A DNA stretch of 64,000 nt from the IMG/VR virus record IMGVR_UViG_3300025812_000003. One strand, written 5' to 3'. Numbering within the stretch: the first letter of the stretch is position 1; each line of letters begins with the position of its first letter. Below are positions 18,679 to 28,466 of the stretch, piece by piece. The position numbers and the translations under genes were made by a program. The notes beneath the pieces were generated by a model. That model ran no database searches and had not been told where the DNA came from. It saw nothing but the letters and a program-made list of their open reading frames with translations. The DNA is from a virus.

Positions 18679-18729
18679 ACTCCCTTCCCTAGAATCCCTG
18701 CTTTCCATACCTAAACAGAGGGCGAAAAC

Positions 18730-18912
18730 GTGAAGAGGGCCATCCGGCTGTCCGTGGAATGGCAGATGCTCAGCAAGACGGTGGAGTTCGGCATCATATT
18801 CCTGGTGCTGGGGCGGCTGTCCCTCAGCCTCCTCATCACGGGGATCACCACGGCGGTGCAGGTCGCCCTGCTCGCCCTCTGGATCAGGTTCCGCCTCAAG
18901 GAACGGGGGTAA
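18730..18912 (+). CDS. small membrane protein
   Basis: Two hydrophobic stretches. Confidence 0.5.
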   Translation: MKRAIRLSVEWQMLSKTVEFGIIFLVLGRLSLSLLITGITTAVQVALLALWIRFRLKERG

Positions 18913-18914
18913 AC

Positions 18915-19382
18915 ATGGCCAAGGAAGTACTGGCCCCGAACAAGTACGGCCCCGAGGGCTACAAGGTGTTCCTGGGCGGTGCCATAGACCAGGGGACCGC
19001 CGAGGACTGGCAGTCTCGGGTGGTCGATGCGCTGGCGGACGTGGACGTCGTCGTCCTCAACCCCCGCCGCGAGGACTGGGATTCTTCATAGGAGCAGTCC
19101 GCCGACAACCCCGAGTTCAGGCGGCAGGTGGAATGGGAGCTCAAGGCCCAGGAGGATGCCGATCTGTGCGTCTACGTGCTTCTCAAGGACAGCAAGGGCC
19201 CCGTCACCATGCTGGAAATCGGCCTGTTCGCCCCGAAGAAGGACGCCGTCCTGTGCATCGAGGACGGGTTCCACAGGCAGGGCAACCTCCAAATCGTGGC
19301 CAGACGCTACGAGATTCCGTTCTACCACGGCCTCGACGAGATGCTGGCGGACCTCAAGGAAGTCTTGAAGGGACGTGCCTGA
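18915..19382 (+). pseudogene. nucleoside deoxyribosyltransferase-like gene with in-frame TAG (19089-19091); pseudogene or read-through
   Basis: VFLGGAID..DWQ..NPRREDWDSS*EQSADNPEFRRQVEWEL...GPVTMLEIGL, one frame. Confidence 0.8.
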
Positions 19383-19819
19383 TGGACGGCAGGCTGGGCT
19401 GGCAGGAACTCGGATCGACCTACCTATACCACGGCACCACGCAGGACCGCCTGTCCGGAATCCTGAGGGAGGGCATCAGGGGGCCTAGCTGGTGGGGCAC
19501 GGAGCGCGTCGCCGAATACTACTCCGAGGACAGGGAGGCATCCAGGAACGACGACGAGCTGGTGGACCTGGACTACATCGAGGAACCCCCAGCGGAGCCG
19601 CTCGTCGTCCGCGTCCCGCTGTCGAGGTTCGACAAGGGGTCGCTTGCGGCGGACGAGAACTCCATCGCCGAGCCGCTCACCAACGTCCTCGGGCGGGACG
19701 AGGAACGTCTGTATCACCAGTGGATGCTATCCAGGCGCACTTGGCAGGACTGCCTGAGGATATACGAGTCGGTGTGGTACAACGCACCCATGGAAGTCAC
19801 CGAGGCCGACATCCTATGA
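19382..19819 (+). CDS. putative ADP-ribosyltransferase-fold protein
   Basis: YLYHGTT...ILREGI motif. Confidence 0.5.
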   Translation: MDGRLGWQELGSTYLYHGTTQDRLSGILREGIRGPSWWGTERVAEYYSEDREASRNDDELVDLDYIEEPPAEPLVVRVPLSRFDKGSLAADENSIAEPLTNVLGRDEERLYHQWMLSRRTWQDCLRIYESVWYNAPMEVTEADIL

Positions 19820-19850
19820 CGCGGAAGGAAATCCCGGGGAAGGAGGCCCG

Positions 19851-20402
19851 ATGCTGAAGCTCGCGGCGGAGTTCCTCGTCAGGGCGAGGCTCCCCAGGCG
19901 TCCGGGGATGGTCGGGCCGGTCTACCACGGCACCTCGCAGGAATTCGAGGACTTCAGCCTGCCCGAGGACGTCGCCGATGAGGACTTCGAGGGGATCGGC
20001 GTCCACTTCGGCACCGTGGGGCAGGCGGAGACCGCCGCCAGGCGGTCCCCGGGCATCATCCGCGACGAGGGTTCGCCGGGGGAGGGGGCCAACATACGCC
20101 CGGCATACCTGAAGATTGGGAAGCCCCTGCGCATGCCGGACATGAACGAATGGGACCCCGAGGAGGTCGCCTACTGGCTCCTGGGGCACGGGGTCGTCGA
20201 CCGGGGGCAGCTCTCCCGCATGCTGGCCATAAGCCGGGCCCCGGGGGGCATCGACTACACGGCGGGATACAGGCTCATCCGGGAATGGCTGGACGCCAAG
20301 GGATACGATGCCATCGTGTACAGGAACAAGAAGGAGGGCAAGGGCGACAGCTACGTCGTGTGGCACCTGGGGCAGATAGTGCCCGCCCTGAGGGAGGAAT
20401 AG
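19851..20402 (+). CDS. ART-PolyVal-like ADP-ribosyltransferase
   Basis: VYHGT..FEDF..GVHFGT..AYLKI.KPL..GYDAIVY.N..EG..SYVVW..GQI. Confidence 0.7.
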   Translation: MLKLAAEFLVRARLPRRPGMVGPVYHGTSQEFEDFSLPEDVADEDFEGIGVHFGTVGQAETAARRSPGIIRDEGSPGEGANIRPAYLKIGKPLRMPDMNEWDPEEVAYWLLGHGVVDRGQLSRMLAISRAPGGIDYTAGYRLIREWLDAKGYDAIVYRNKKEGKGDSYVVWHLGQIVPALREE

Positions 20403-20403
20403 C

Positions 20404-20733
20404 ATGAACATCACCAAAGCGGCGTTCTTACCCGTCATACTCCTGCTCGCCGTGGGCACCATGGCCCAGCAGCAGGCCGAGCAAACGTTCCCGCAGGACA
20501 AGGTCAAGGCGGTGGCCGCCTCCACCGCCACTTCCACCGCCTCGTCCGCAGAGACGAAGCCAACGGTACCCGCAAAGACGCATGAGAAGGCATCCGTGGC
20601 GTTCCAACGGCACGTCGACAACGCCAAGCTGCACCTCCAGCACGCCAAGCAGCACCTCAAGGACGCCAAGCAGCGCCTCAAGGACGCCAATGCGCCCGCC
20701 AAGAAGCCCGCTCCCACGGAGGAGGACAAATGA
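20404..20733 (+). CDS. secreted hypothetical protein
   Basis: Signal peptide; heptad-like AKxxLxx repeats. Confidence 0.6.
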   Translation: MNITKAAFLPVILLLAVGTMAQQQAEQTFPQDKVKAVAASTATSTASSAETKPTVPAKTHEKASVAFQRHVDNAKLHLQHAKQHLKDAKQRLKDANAPAKKPAPTEEDK

Positions 20734-21218
20734 GCCAGCTACCGTTCCGAGAAAGGGCGAAGGGATGGCTGGACCTGCTCCAGGTCGCCCTGACCATCGC
20801 CGCCATCCTGACGGCGGGATGGTGGTTCCACAGGCAGGGGCAGAACCGCCCCCACCTCAAGGTGGAGCACCGCGTCACCAGCCGCAGGCTGTCCCCCGAC
20901 CGGCAGCTCCTCGTCGTGGACGTGAGGATGTCCAACGTGGGGAGCATCCCCCTCAGCCTTGGCGAGGTCAAAATCAAGGTGTACGAAATCCTCCCCGAGG
21001 GAAGGGTGCTCGCCTACAGCGAGCAGAGGGGGAAGACCCTGGAGCCGGGCGAGGAGACTCACGTGTACGAGGAGTTCGACCAAATAGAAGGGGACGTGTC
21101 CGTCGTGAGGGTCTACTCGTTCTTTGAGAACTCGGTCACCAGAGGACGGGGATGGGACCTGGCCACCATCTACGACATGGGGGAGTCAGGAACGGAAACC
21201 GTTGGGAAGGAGCATTGA
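20730..21218 (+). CDS. membrane-anchored hypothetical protein
   Basis: N-terminal TM then beta-rich domain. Confidence 0.65.
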   Translation: MSQLPFRERAKGWLDLLQVALTIAAILTAGWWFHRQGQNRPHLKVEHRVTSRRLSPDRQLLVVDVRMSNVGSIPLSLGEVKIKVYEILPEGRVLAYSEQRGKTLEPGEETHVYEEFDQIEGDVSVVRVYSFFENSVTRGRGWDLATIYDMGESGTETVGKEH

Positions 21219-21596
21219 ATGGCGGAGGACTGGGGCATCGACGTGGGGGTACCGGACATCGGCGACAAGGTGGAGTACAAAGACAGGACCTTCAATGTCA
21301 CCGGCTGGCTCCGGGAGCGCAAGAAGGTAAAGCCTCGTTGGGACTACGAGGTCGGCGACGTCAGGGACCCGGACTTCTTTGACGAGGTCATCTTCGAGGC
21401 TCAGCGGCCAATCCATGGCAAGAAGCTGGAGTGGTGCTACCGGGACGAGGCGGAGTTTCTCTCAGCCACCCCCTACGGCTGCATCCCCGTCATAGAGGCA
21501 AGGATTGTGGGGAGGGCCCCCTGGGCGGAGAGCATCCTGCAGGAGTTCAGGAATTCGGCAAAACGCTTTGCCGACACCCATCAAATCGTGTTCTAA
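21219..21596 (+). CDS. hypothetical protein
   Basis: AGGAG SD. Confidence 0.6.
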   Translation: MAEDWGIDVGVPDIGDKVEYKDRTFNVTGWLRERKKVKPRWDYEVGDVRDPDFFDEVIFEAQRPIHGKKLEWCYRDEAEFLSATPYGCIPVIEARIVGRAPWAESILQEFRNSAKRFADTHQIVF

Positions 21597-21725
21597 GATC
21601 AAGTCCCACGACTATCAGTATTATGGTTGGGGGCGAAAAGCAATCCCCCAGTCAGCCGCCAGGCTGGCCATCCAGCCGACTTTAAGCATACAAGCCCTCA
21701 GTCGGCGGGCTTAGAGGTGACTTAA

Positions 21726-22634
21726 ATGCATTCCCATTCGTTCGTAACAGCGATCAAGGTGGACGGGAACGTGCTCCGCGAGGACCGGGGGGTGGTGTCG
21801 GTGCCGTTCGGGTCCGAGTACAGCATATTCCTGAAGAACCTGGGGACCGTGAGGGCCCTGGCCAAGGTGTCCATCGACGGCGAGGACGCCACCGACGACA
21901 CTTGGCTGATCGTCAACCCCAACCAGTCGCTGGACTTGGAGAGGTTCATCCGCAACGGGAACATGGACCGGGGCAACCGGTTCAAGTTCATCAAGAGGAG
22001 TGCCAAGGTCGAGGAGCACCGAGGCATAAAGGCCGAGGATGGCCTCGTCAGGGTGGAGTACAAGTTCGAGAAGGTGTACGAGCCCCCGAAGGTCGTCGAG
22101 CACCACTACCACCATCACCACGACTGGGATTACTACTATCCCTATTATCCTTATCCCTACCCGTACCCCTATTTGCCCCATTACCCATATACGACCTACT
22201 ACACCACCAGCGGAGGACAGGGAGAGGCGTGGGACAACAGCGTCCAAGGAAATGCCTGTAACAGCGACAACGTGAGCGATGCCTCCGCCAACCATGCCTT
22301 CACCCACACCAGCGGTTCCCTCCATTCCAAGGGGGCCGTCGCGGCAAACTTCTGCTCCACCAGCCATGCTGAGGGACTCCTCAGGCAGGCGGAGGACCCC
22401 GGCATCACCGTGCCGGGCAGCCTCAGCGAGCAGAAGTTCGTGGACGGGGAATGGTTCGACACCGAGGCGAAGTCCCATGTCATCGTCCTCAGGCTGGTCG
22501 GGGCGGTAAGGGGCAAGGAAGTCAGGCGGCCCATCACCGTCAAGACCAAGACGAAGTGCCCCACGTGCGGCACCACGAACAAGAGCGGGGTCAAGTTCTG
22601 CAAGGAATGCGGGACCGGCCTCGAACTTATCTAG
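21726..22634 (+). CDS. phage protein with C-terminal zinc ribbon
   Basis: VPFGSEYSIFLKN N-domain, H/Y/P-rich linker, CPTCG...FCKECG. Confidence 0.75.
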   Translation: MHSHSFVTAIKVDGNVLREDRGVVSVPFGSEYSIFLKNLGTVRALAKVSIDGEDATDDTWLIVNPNQSLDLERFIRNGNMDRGNRFKFIKRSAKVEEHRGIKAEDGLVRVEYKFEKVYEPPKVVEHHYHHHHDWDYYYPYYPYPYPYPYLPHYPYTTYYTTSGGQGEAWDNSVQGNACNSDNVSDASANHAFTHTSGSLHSKGAVAANFCSTSHAEGLLRQAEDPGITVPGSLSEQKFVDGEWFDTEAKSHVIVLRLVGAVRGKEVRRPITVKTKTKCPTCGTTNKSGVKFCKECGTGLELI

Positions 22635-22694
22635 TAGTACAGCCGCCCCGGCCCCCGGAGACGGGGGCCGGGGGCTTGTCCGAGGAGGAACGAC

Positions 22695-22892
22695 ATGAAG
22701 GACTTTCCGATGTGCGGCCATCCGGAATGGCCGGTATTCCCTCCCCCAGCGCCGGTGCGCACGGTGGGTACCTGCCCCGAGCACGACTACGTCTGCCCCC
22801 TGTGCGGGTTCGGACGAGGCCAAGCGCCCCCGTGCGGGTGCGGGACGTCCGTCCTCGGGACCGACCCGCTCGTGATCGCCCAGTCCAATTAA
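22695..22892 (+). CDS. small Cys/Pro-rich protein
   Basis: GAGGAGG SD; CPEH..VCPLCG. Confidence 0.5.
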   Translation: MKDFPMCGHPEWPVFPPPAPVRTVGTCPEHDYVCPLCGFGRGQAPPCGCGTSVLGTDPLVIAQSN

Positions 22893-22902
22893 GGAGAATG
22901 CC

Positions 22903-23145
22903 ATGGTTACCCCGTTCATCCAGCCAGTCATCACGGTCATCCCATCGAGGAGGCCCGTCCCGATGTTCCCCCGGCGATGCCCCCGGCCCCGCCCCGTCCC
23001 GGTCCCCTTTCGCGACCCATAGGTCGAGTCCCAGTGCATCCTCAACAAGCCCCTGCTGATGGTCATACCCCCAGGGGGGATCGTCCTGCCGTGCCCCGTT
23101 CATCCCGGGAGACATTTCGTCCACGGATCGCCCGTCATGTGGTAA
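22903..23145 (+). pseudogene. small Pro/Cys ORF with in-frame TAG (23020-23022)
   Basis: AAGGAG SD; MVTPF...FRDP*VESQCILNKPLLMVIPPGGIVLPCPVH...VMW*. Confidence 0.45.
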
Positions 23146-23180
23146 GGCGCGGAATCCCCGCCCATGCGGTATTGTAGGGC

Positions 23181-23639
23181 ATGGAAGAATGGGACTTGGC
23201 CCCGGATGGTCGCAAGCGATACTGCGTGGGCTACGTGCTTAGCCCCGACCTCTCCGACGTCGTGCTCATCCGCAAGAATCGGCCGGAATGGCAGAAAGGC
23301 CTCCTCAACGGCGTGGGCGGAAGGCTGCAAGACGGGGAGGATTCCCTCCATGGCATGGCAAGGGAATGCCGCGAGGAGGCAGGACTGGACATCGCGATAT
23401 GGCGTCGCCTCGCCCGGCTGGAGTTCCCGTTGGCAGTCGTATGGTTCTTCTGGACGATAGACCCCCATTATCGCCTTGCCAGGACCATGACGGACGAAAA
23501 GATAGAGATCGTGGACGTAGCCAGAGTCATGTCGATGACGGATGGCACCGTCCCCAATTCCGCCTGGCTCATCCAGATGGCCATATCCCACGTCCGAGGA
23601 GAGCGGGCGGAATGGTTTATCGTGCGGGAGGTATACTGA
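23181..23639 (+). CDS. NUDIX hydrolase
   Basis: GVGGRLQDGEDSLHGMARECREEAGL Nudix box. Confidence 0.88.
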   Translation: MEEWDLAPDGRKRYCVGYVLSPDLSDVVLIRKNRPEWQKGLLNGVGGRLQDGEDSLHGMARECREEAGLDIAIWRRLARLEFPLAVVWFFWTIDPHYRLARTMTDEKIEIVDVARVMSMTDGTVPNSAWLIQMAISHVRGERAEWFIVREVY

Positions 23640-24400
23640 TGGACAAGAAAGGCTTTTCCTACGCCCAGGCCAAGTTCCTGCCCAGGAATTACGAGTTCGC
23701 CCCGGTGACCCTGTCAAACCGCAGGGTCGTCTCGGACAGGGAGGCCCAGGAGCTGGCCGGAATGCCCCAGCTTAAAAACACCCTGCAACTCCTGCAACGC
23801 TACGACTACATCATTCGCGGCATGGTCCTGGAGCTCACGGGATGGATCCTGAGGGACAAGTACGAGCACGAGCTCGTGACGAAGACCGTTGAACTCCCGT
23901 TGACTTGGTGGGACATGTTCAGGGATAAATATTTCCCCCTATGGTGGTTGAAGTGGCGACCGTCCAGGACGGCGACGAAGACCTTCACCTTCGAGCAGCA
24001 AATAAGGGTGTGCCCGCACGCCAATGTCGCCTGGCCGGACAAGAGGCACCTGGATTTCCTGACGTTTGAAAACGAGAACCCCTTCGTCACTATCAACCAA
24101 ACCACCCCGGAATGCTTGGTGCACCACGTTCCCATGGTTTTGTGTTTCTACAGCCGGGGTCCCGGGGACCCCCCGGGAAACGGATGGACATGCCGGGAAT
24201 GCACCAAGGAGCGGGAAGGGGAGGCGACGGGGAAGAACGGGACGGACACCAATGGCGATGGCGACTGCATGTATTGTGGTCCCAGTCTTCGGCATCCGCC
24301 GAAAGAATCCAAAGAACAAGAGAAACTATGCCCGACGTGCGGGGTGAAGGAATCCGAGCCCCATGCTGACCCAAGGTGCTACGTGAGAGAAAGAAGATGA
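23639..24400 (+). CDS. hypothetical protein with Cys-rich C-terminus
   Basis: Stop-start overlap, several CxxC. Confidence 0.55.
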   Translation: MDKKGFSYAQAKFLPRNYEFAPVTLSNRRVVSDREAQELAGMPQLKNTLQLLQRYDYIIRGMVLELTGWILRDKYEHELVTKTVELPLTWWDMFRDKYFPLWWLKWRPSRTATKTFTFEQQIRVCPHANVAWPDKRHLDFLTFENENPFVTINQTTPECLVHHVPMVLCFYSRGPGDPPGNGWTCRECTKEREGEATGKNGTDTNGDGDCMYCGPSLRHPPKESKEQEKLCPTCGVKESEPHADPRCYVRERR

Positions 24401-24807
24401 ACGAGACAATCATCGGCTGGAAGGCCTTCCGGGGCCCGGACGAGGAAGGCCGATGGGACTGTAGGAACTTGGGCTTTCTTTACCACGGGCTCGGCGGGAG
24501 CAGGCATGTGCCCGTGGGTACGTGGATGGTCGCCAAGGCCGGGATTGTGAGGGACGGCGTGGGGCAGCGATACAGGTCGGGCTTCCACTTCGTTAGGAGC
24601 CTCGACGACGCCAGGGCCTTCGACCGACTGACGAAGGGAAAGTACGTTTTCTTCCGAGTGCAAGCCTACGGGATCAGGCCCAAGCCGGGCAGCCGTACCG
24701 GCATATGGCTGGCCAAGAAGATGCGGGTAATCCCGCATTCCTGGACGGACCTGAGAACGGGCGAAACAATGGCAGTAGTGGCCAATCTGAGCAGGAGCAG
24801 CCTATGA
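24397..24807 (+). CDS. hypothetical protein
   Basis: ATGA overlaps; GWKAF...SGFH motif. Confidence 0.6.
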   Translation: MNETIIGWKAFRGPDEEGRWDCRNLGFLYHGLGGSRHVPVGTWMVAKAGIVRDGVGQRYRSGFHFVRSLDDARAFDRLTKGKYVFFRVQAYGIRPKPGSRTGIWLAKKMRVIPHSWTDLRTGETMAVVANLSRSSL

Positions 24808-25514
24808 TTGATCTAAAATGGGATTTGCATTTTCTGGACATGGCGAAGCTCGTGTCCTCGTGGTCCAAGGACCCCTCCACCCGGACCGGGGCCGTCATAA
24901 CGAGGCCCGACAGGACGGTGGTGTCGGTGGGGTTCAACGGCTTTCCCATGTCCATGCCCGACGATCCCGCCTTCCTCGGGGACAGGGAGGAGAAATACAG
25001 CAGGGTCATCCATTGCGAAATCAACGCCCTGCTCTTCAGCCGGGAGCCGCTGAGCGGATACAGCCTCTACACCTACCCCTTCCTGTCGTGCGAGAGGTGC
25101 GCCGTGACGATGATACAGGCGGGCATAAAGCGCCTCGTCGCCCCCGTGGCGGCACCCGACAAGCTGGAACGGTGGGGGAAGTCGTTCGAGAAGACGAGGC
25201 ATTACTGCGGGGAATGCCACGTAGAAGTGGTGGAGATAGAGTACGAAACGAAGCCGAACGACGCCCCAAAGCCGGGGGACGAGAAGGCCACGAAGGCGAC
25301 GATCATAGAGATAGACGACAAGCTCATGGAAAGGCTGGCCTCCGGCAAGAAGGCCGAATTCAAGACGTCTGAGCCCGTCACCAGGGTCATCGTCTCCCTG
25401 AAGGAAGGGACGGACCTTCCTGCCACGGCAAGGACGAAGAGCCTGTTCTTCAACACCTTCGGCCCAGGGGGCTTGTTCGACCAGGTGTTCGGTCGGCGCG
25501 GGCGCTACCTGTAA
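24804..25514 (+). CDS. dCMP deaminase
   Basis: SKDPSTRTGAVI, GFNGFP, HCEINAL, SCERC. Confidence 0.9.
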   Translation: MIDLKWDLHFLDMAKLVSSWSKDPSTRTGAVITRPDRTVVSVGFNGFPMSMPDDPAFLGDREEKYSRVIHCEINALLFSREPLSGYSLYTYPFLSCERCAVTMIQAGIKRLVAPVAAPDKLERWGKSFEKTRHYCGECHVEVVEIEYETKPNDAPKPGDEKATKATIIEIDDKLMERLASGKKAEFKTSEPVTRVIVSLKEGTDLPATARTKSLFFNTFGPGGLFDQVFGRRGRYL

Positions 25515-25545
25515 TTCGTCTTTTCGCCTCCTTAATGAGGGAAAG

Positions 25546-26175
25546 ATGAGATACTTCACGATAGACGAGAAGGGCCTTGCCTCCCTGATGCGGGGGCTGG
25601 AGCTGATCGAGCGCCTGGATGCCGAGAAGGTAAGCGAGCTGCGCCTGCACCTCTACGGGATGACCTCCGAGCAGGGCGTGATATACGAGGCCAAGGCGTA
25701 CCTGATGGACAATCTGGACGAGTACATGGACGAGGACGGGCAGACCACCCTGGAGGAAGATGACATCTCCCTCCCCGAGGTCGCCATCGCCATCCCCCTG
25801 TCGGCCGACACAATCTATGCCCTTACCGGATCGGGGATAGACATGCATCGCATGGAGTTCGCCTATCTGTCTGGGGAGGGGGAGGGGGTAAAGACCGGGA
25901 CCTTCTACAACGAAAGCGCGAAGAGGACCAGGGTGACGATGGGCAGCCTCTCCCGCATGGCCCTGGCCAGCGACGACATATGGCTCAGGGACTTCCTGCT
26001 GGAGAGAAGGACGAACCAATCCATGTCGATCAGGAAGAAGGAAAGAAGGACCGAGCCCGCAATCCCCGTCGAAGGGGAAGAAATGCCGCCCGAAGCACCC
26101 GTTGGAGGCGAGCCGACGCCCAGGATAAGCAGCCTCGGGCAGCTAATGGAGGAATTCCTTGACCGGAAGCAATAG
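25546..26175 (+). CDS. hypothetical protein
   Basis: 209-aa ORF. Confidence 0.65.
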   Translation: MRYFTIDEKGLASLMRGLELIERLDAEKVSELRLHLYGMTSEQGVIYEAKAYLMDNLDEYMDEDGQTTLEEDDISLPEVAIAIPLSADTIYALTGSGIDMHRMEFAYLSGEGEGVKTGTFYNESAKRTRVTMGSLSRMALASDDIWLRDFLLERRTNQSMSIRKKERRTEPAIPVEGEEMPPEAPVGGEPTPRISSLGQLMEEFLDRKQ

Positions 26176-26531
26176 GCGGGTCATCAAGCCCCGGGCCGCA
26201 AAGGCGGGAATCGCCCCCTCCCTTCCGGGGCACGTCAAGGTGAGGCTCCAGTACCTCACCCAAGAGCCAGCGCACCTAAGGAGCATGATCCTGGCGCAGC
26301 AGGGGGCCGAGCCGCCGTTCGTCGAGGAGGTATGCGTCCTCCTCCCCCACATGAAGGTATACCCCATGCTGGAATGCTTCCTTCCAACCTTCGAGACTCT
26401 GCGCAAGGACGGAATAGTGCCGGAGAAGTCCGAGCTCCAGGACTTCCGCATCCTCGACAGGGATGCCCTCACTCTCTCCTACGTAATCTAATTTTTCCGA
26501 CAAATCCCCAAAAATCCGGTATAGTGTATCC

Positions 26532-26795
26532 ATGGGAACAAAACGGAAGCCCGTGTCGATAGAAAGGCTGCTCGACTGCGCCGAGGTCCTGCAGGCATGG
26601 CGCGACAGCCTTAGGAGGGATTTGGACCGCGCCCGTGCCAACTGGGAACAGACGCCGCTGGTGGACCTGCCGGACGTCCAAAGGAAGGACATCCAGACGA
26701 TGAGCCTGATACGGGCGCTGCAGGTGGAGCTGCTGGACATGGTGGAAATGCATTACTTGGCCAGAAGGGCACGCAAAAAGCCGCAACAGGGGTAA
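26532..26795 (+). CDS. hypothetical protein (probably leaderless)
   Basis: TATAGT 6 nt before ATG. Confidence 0.55.
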   Translation: MGTKRKPVSIERLLDCAEVLQAWRDSLRRDLDRARANWEQTPLVDLPDVQRKDIQTMSLIRALQVELLDMVEMHYLARRARKKPQQG

Positions 26796-26904
26796 AGCAA
26801 TGAAACTGAGCAGAGAAACGAAGGTGTCCATAGGCCTCGTGGCCCCGTACCTCGCCTACCTGCTGTACGCCGTCTGGTCCATCTCCATGAAGGGAGGAAG
26901 GTAG

Positions 26905-27369
26905 ATGGACTTCACGCTGGAATTCGCCGACGACGGCAGCCCGAAATGCCTGTCGGAAATCGAGTGCTCCTATCCCTCCACTCCCATGCACCACACATGC
27001 CTGCGAAAGGCCGGGCACGCAGGGCCGCATGCCACGCACGTCTTCTGGCAGCAGGAAGCAACCTTCAAAGGCACGACATTCAACGTCCAGTCGGGCGGGA
27101 TCGTGACGTGGGAGCCCAAGGGAAGGAAGCCAAGGTGCGAATGGAACCCCGCGAAGAAAAGGGCCGCATACCCGACGGACCGGGGCGGGCACGAGGCCAA
27201 CGGAATCGCATACAGCCCCGTAAGCATCTGGGGGCCCTACCAGAATGACATCTTTATATGCAGGGAATGCTGGAGCACCCCGGTGGCACGGGCAAAGTTT
27301 GCCGGGTGGAGGTGGGTGGAGACAAAGCCGGACGATCACGGCTGCATGCACGTTTCGCTCGGAGGGTAA
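26905..27369 (+). CDS. hypothetical protein
   Basis: GGAGG SD; Cys/His motifs. Confidence 0.55.
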   Translation: MDFTLEFADDGSPKCLSEIECSYPSTPMHHTCLRKAGHAGPHATHVFWQQEATFKGTTFNVQSGGIVTWEPKGRKPRCEWNPAKKRAAYPTDRGGHEANGIAYSPVSIWGPYQNDIFICRECWSTPVARAKFAGWRWVETKPDDHGCMHVSLGG

Positions 27370-27376
27370 GGCAGGC

Positions 27377-28165
27377 ATGAAAAGGGAAAAGAACGCCCTG
27401 ACGGCCAGGATGAAGGACAGCTACGAGCTGCGGTGCAGGCGCTACTTCCCGCGGCGGACGCACGTCATCGTCCGCGTGGACGGAAGGGCGTTCCACACCT
27501 GGACCAGGGGCCTCCGGAAGCCCTACGACCCGGACTTCATGGCATGCATGGACGCCGCCGCCCTGGCGCTATGCAAGGAGGTCTCGGGATGCAAGCTCGG
27601 GTACGTCCAGTCGGACGAGGTGAGCCTGCTCCTGACGGACTTCGACTCCGTGGAGACCCAGGCGTGGTTCGACAACTGCCAGGACAAGATCGAGAGCATC
27701 ACGGCCAGCATCGCCACCATGGCGTTCAACCGGCACGTGGGGTGGTTCCGCCAGGACTTCGTCCTCGGCATCAACCCCGAGGGCGTCAAGGCCCACCCCA
27801 TGGCGGGCAAAAAGCCCGACGCCACGTTCGACTCCCGGGCCTTCGTCATCCCGGACTACGTCGAAGTGGAGAACTACTTCATCGACCGGCAGAAGGACGC
27901 CATCAGGAACTCCATAACGATGCTGGCCAGCGCCCATGCCAGCCCCAAGCAGCTTTTCGGGAAAAAATCCGCAGACAGGCTCGCGCTCGTAGGCGAGGCG
28001 GGCCTCGAATGGAAGGCGCAGCCGGTGCGGTTCAGGCGGGGGGCGGCGGTATGGAAGGCCGAGGACGGATGGGTGGCGGACCCCTGCACGCCCGAGTTCA
28101 CGAAGCACAGGGATTTCCTGAGGAACTCCATTCCGCGCCATTGGCAGGAGGACGAAAATGTCTGA
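27377..28165 (+). CDS. Thg1-like tRNA(His) guanylyltransferase / 3'-5' polymerase
   Basis: RVDGRAFHTWT, YVQSDEVSL, FDSRAF, YFIDRQKDAIRNSI. Confidence 0.92.
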   Translation: MKREKNALTARMKDSYELRCRRYFPRRTHVIVRVDGRAFHTWTRGLRKPYDPDFMACMDAAALALCKEVSGCKLGYVQSDEVSLLLTDFDSVETQAWFDNCQDKIESITASIATMAFNRHVGWFRQDFVLGINPEGVKAHPMAGKKPDATFDSRAFVIPDYVEVENYFIDRQKDAIRNSITMLASAHASPKQLFGKKSADRLALVGEAGLEWKAQPVRFRRGAAVWKAEDGWVADPCTPEFTKHRDFLRNSIPRHWQEDENV

Positions 28166-28436
28166 AAAGGTGACGGTAGAACGGGCCGTGGAGCTGGCCG
28201 GGGAGAAAGATGCGGACGGCATCCTGAGGGACATCTTCTGGGAGTTCCAGGACTCCCCGTTGGTCTCCGGGACGGAGCAGAGCCTCCTGTCCATAGCAAA
28301 GCACTTCGGGTGGCCCGCCGAGCGCACCCTGGCGGCCCTGGCGCTCGTGATGTGCGTCCGTGCAAGGAGCCTGGAAAAGGCCCTCGTCGACGTCGTCATG
28401 ACGACCCCCACACGACCCTTGATGCTCCCCCTCTGA
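28158..28436 (+). CDS. hypothetical protein
   Basis: GGAGG SD. Confidence 0.55.
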   Translation: MSEKVTVERAVELAGEKDADGILRDIFWEFQDSPLVSGTEQSLLSIAKHFGWPAERTLAALALVMCVRARSLEKALVDVVMTTPTRPLMLPL

Positions 28437-28466
28437 AAACCGCCTAAGGTTTAGTATTTGCCCGTC

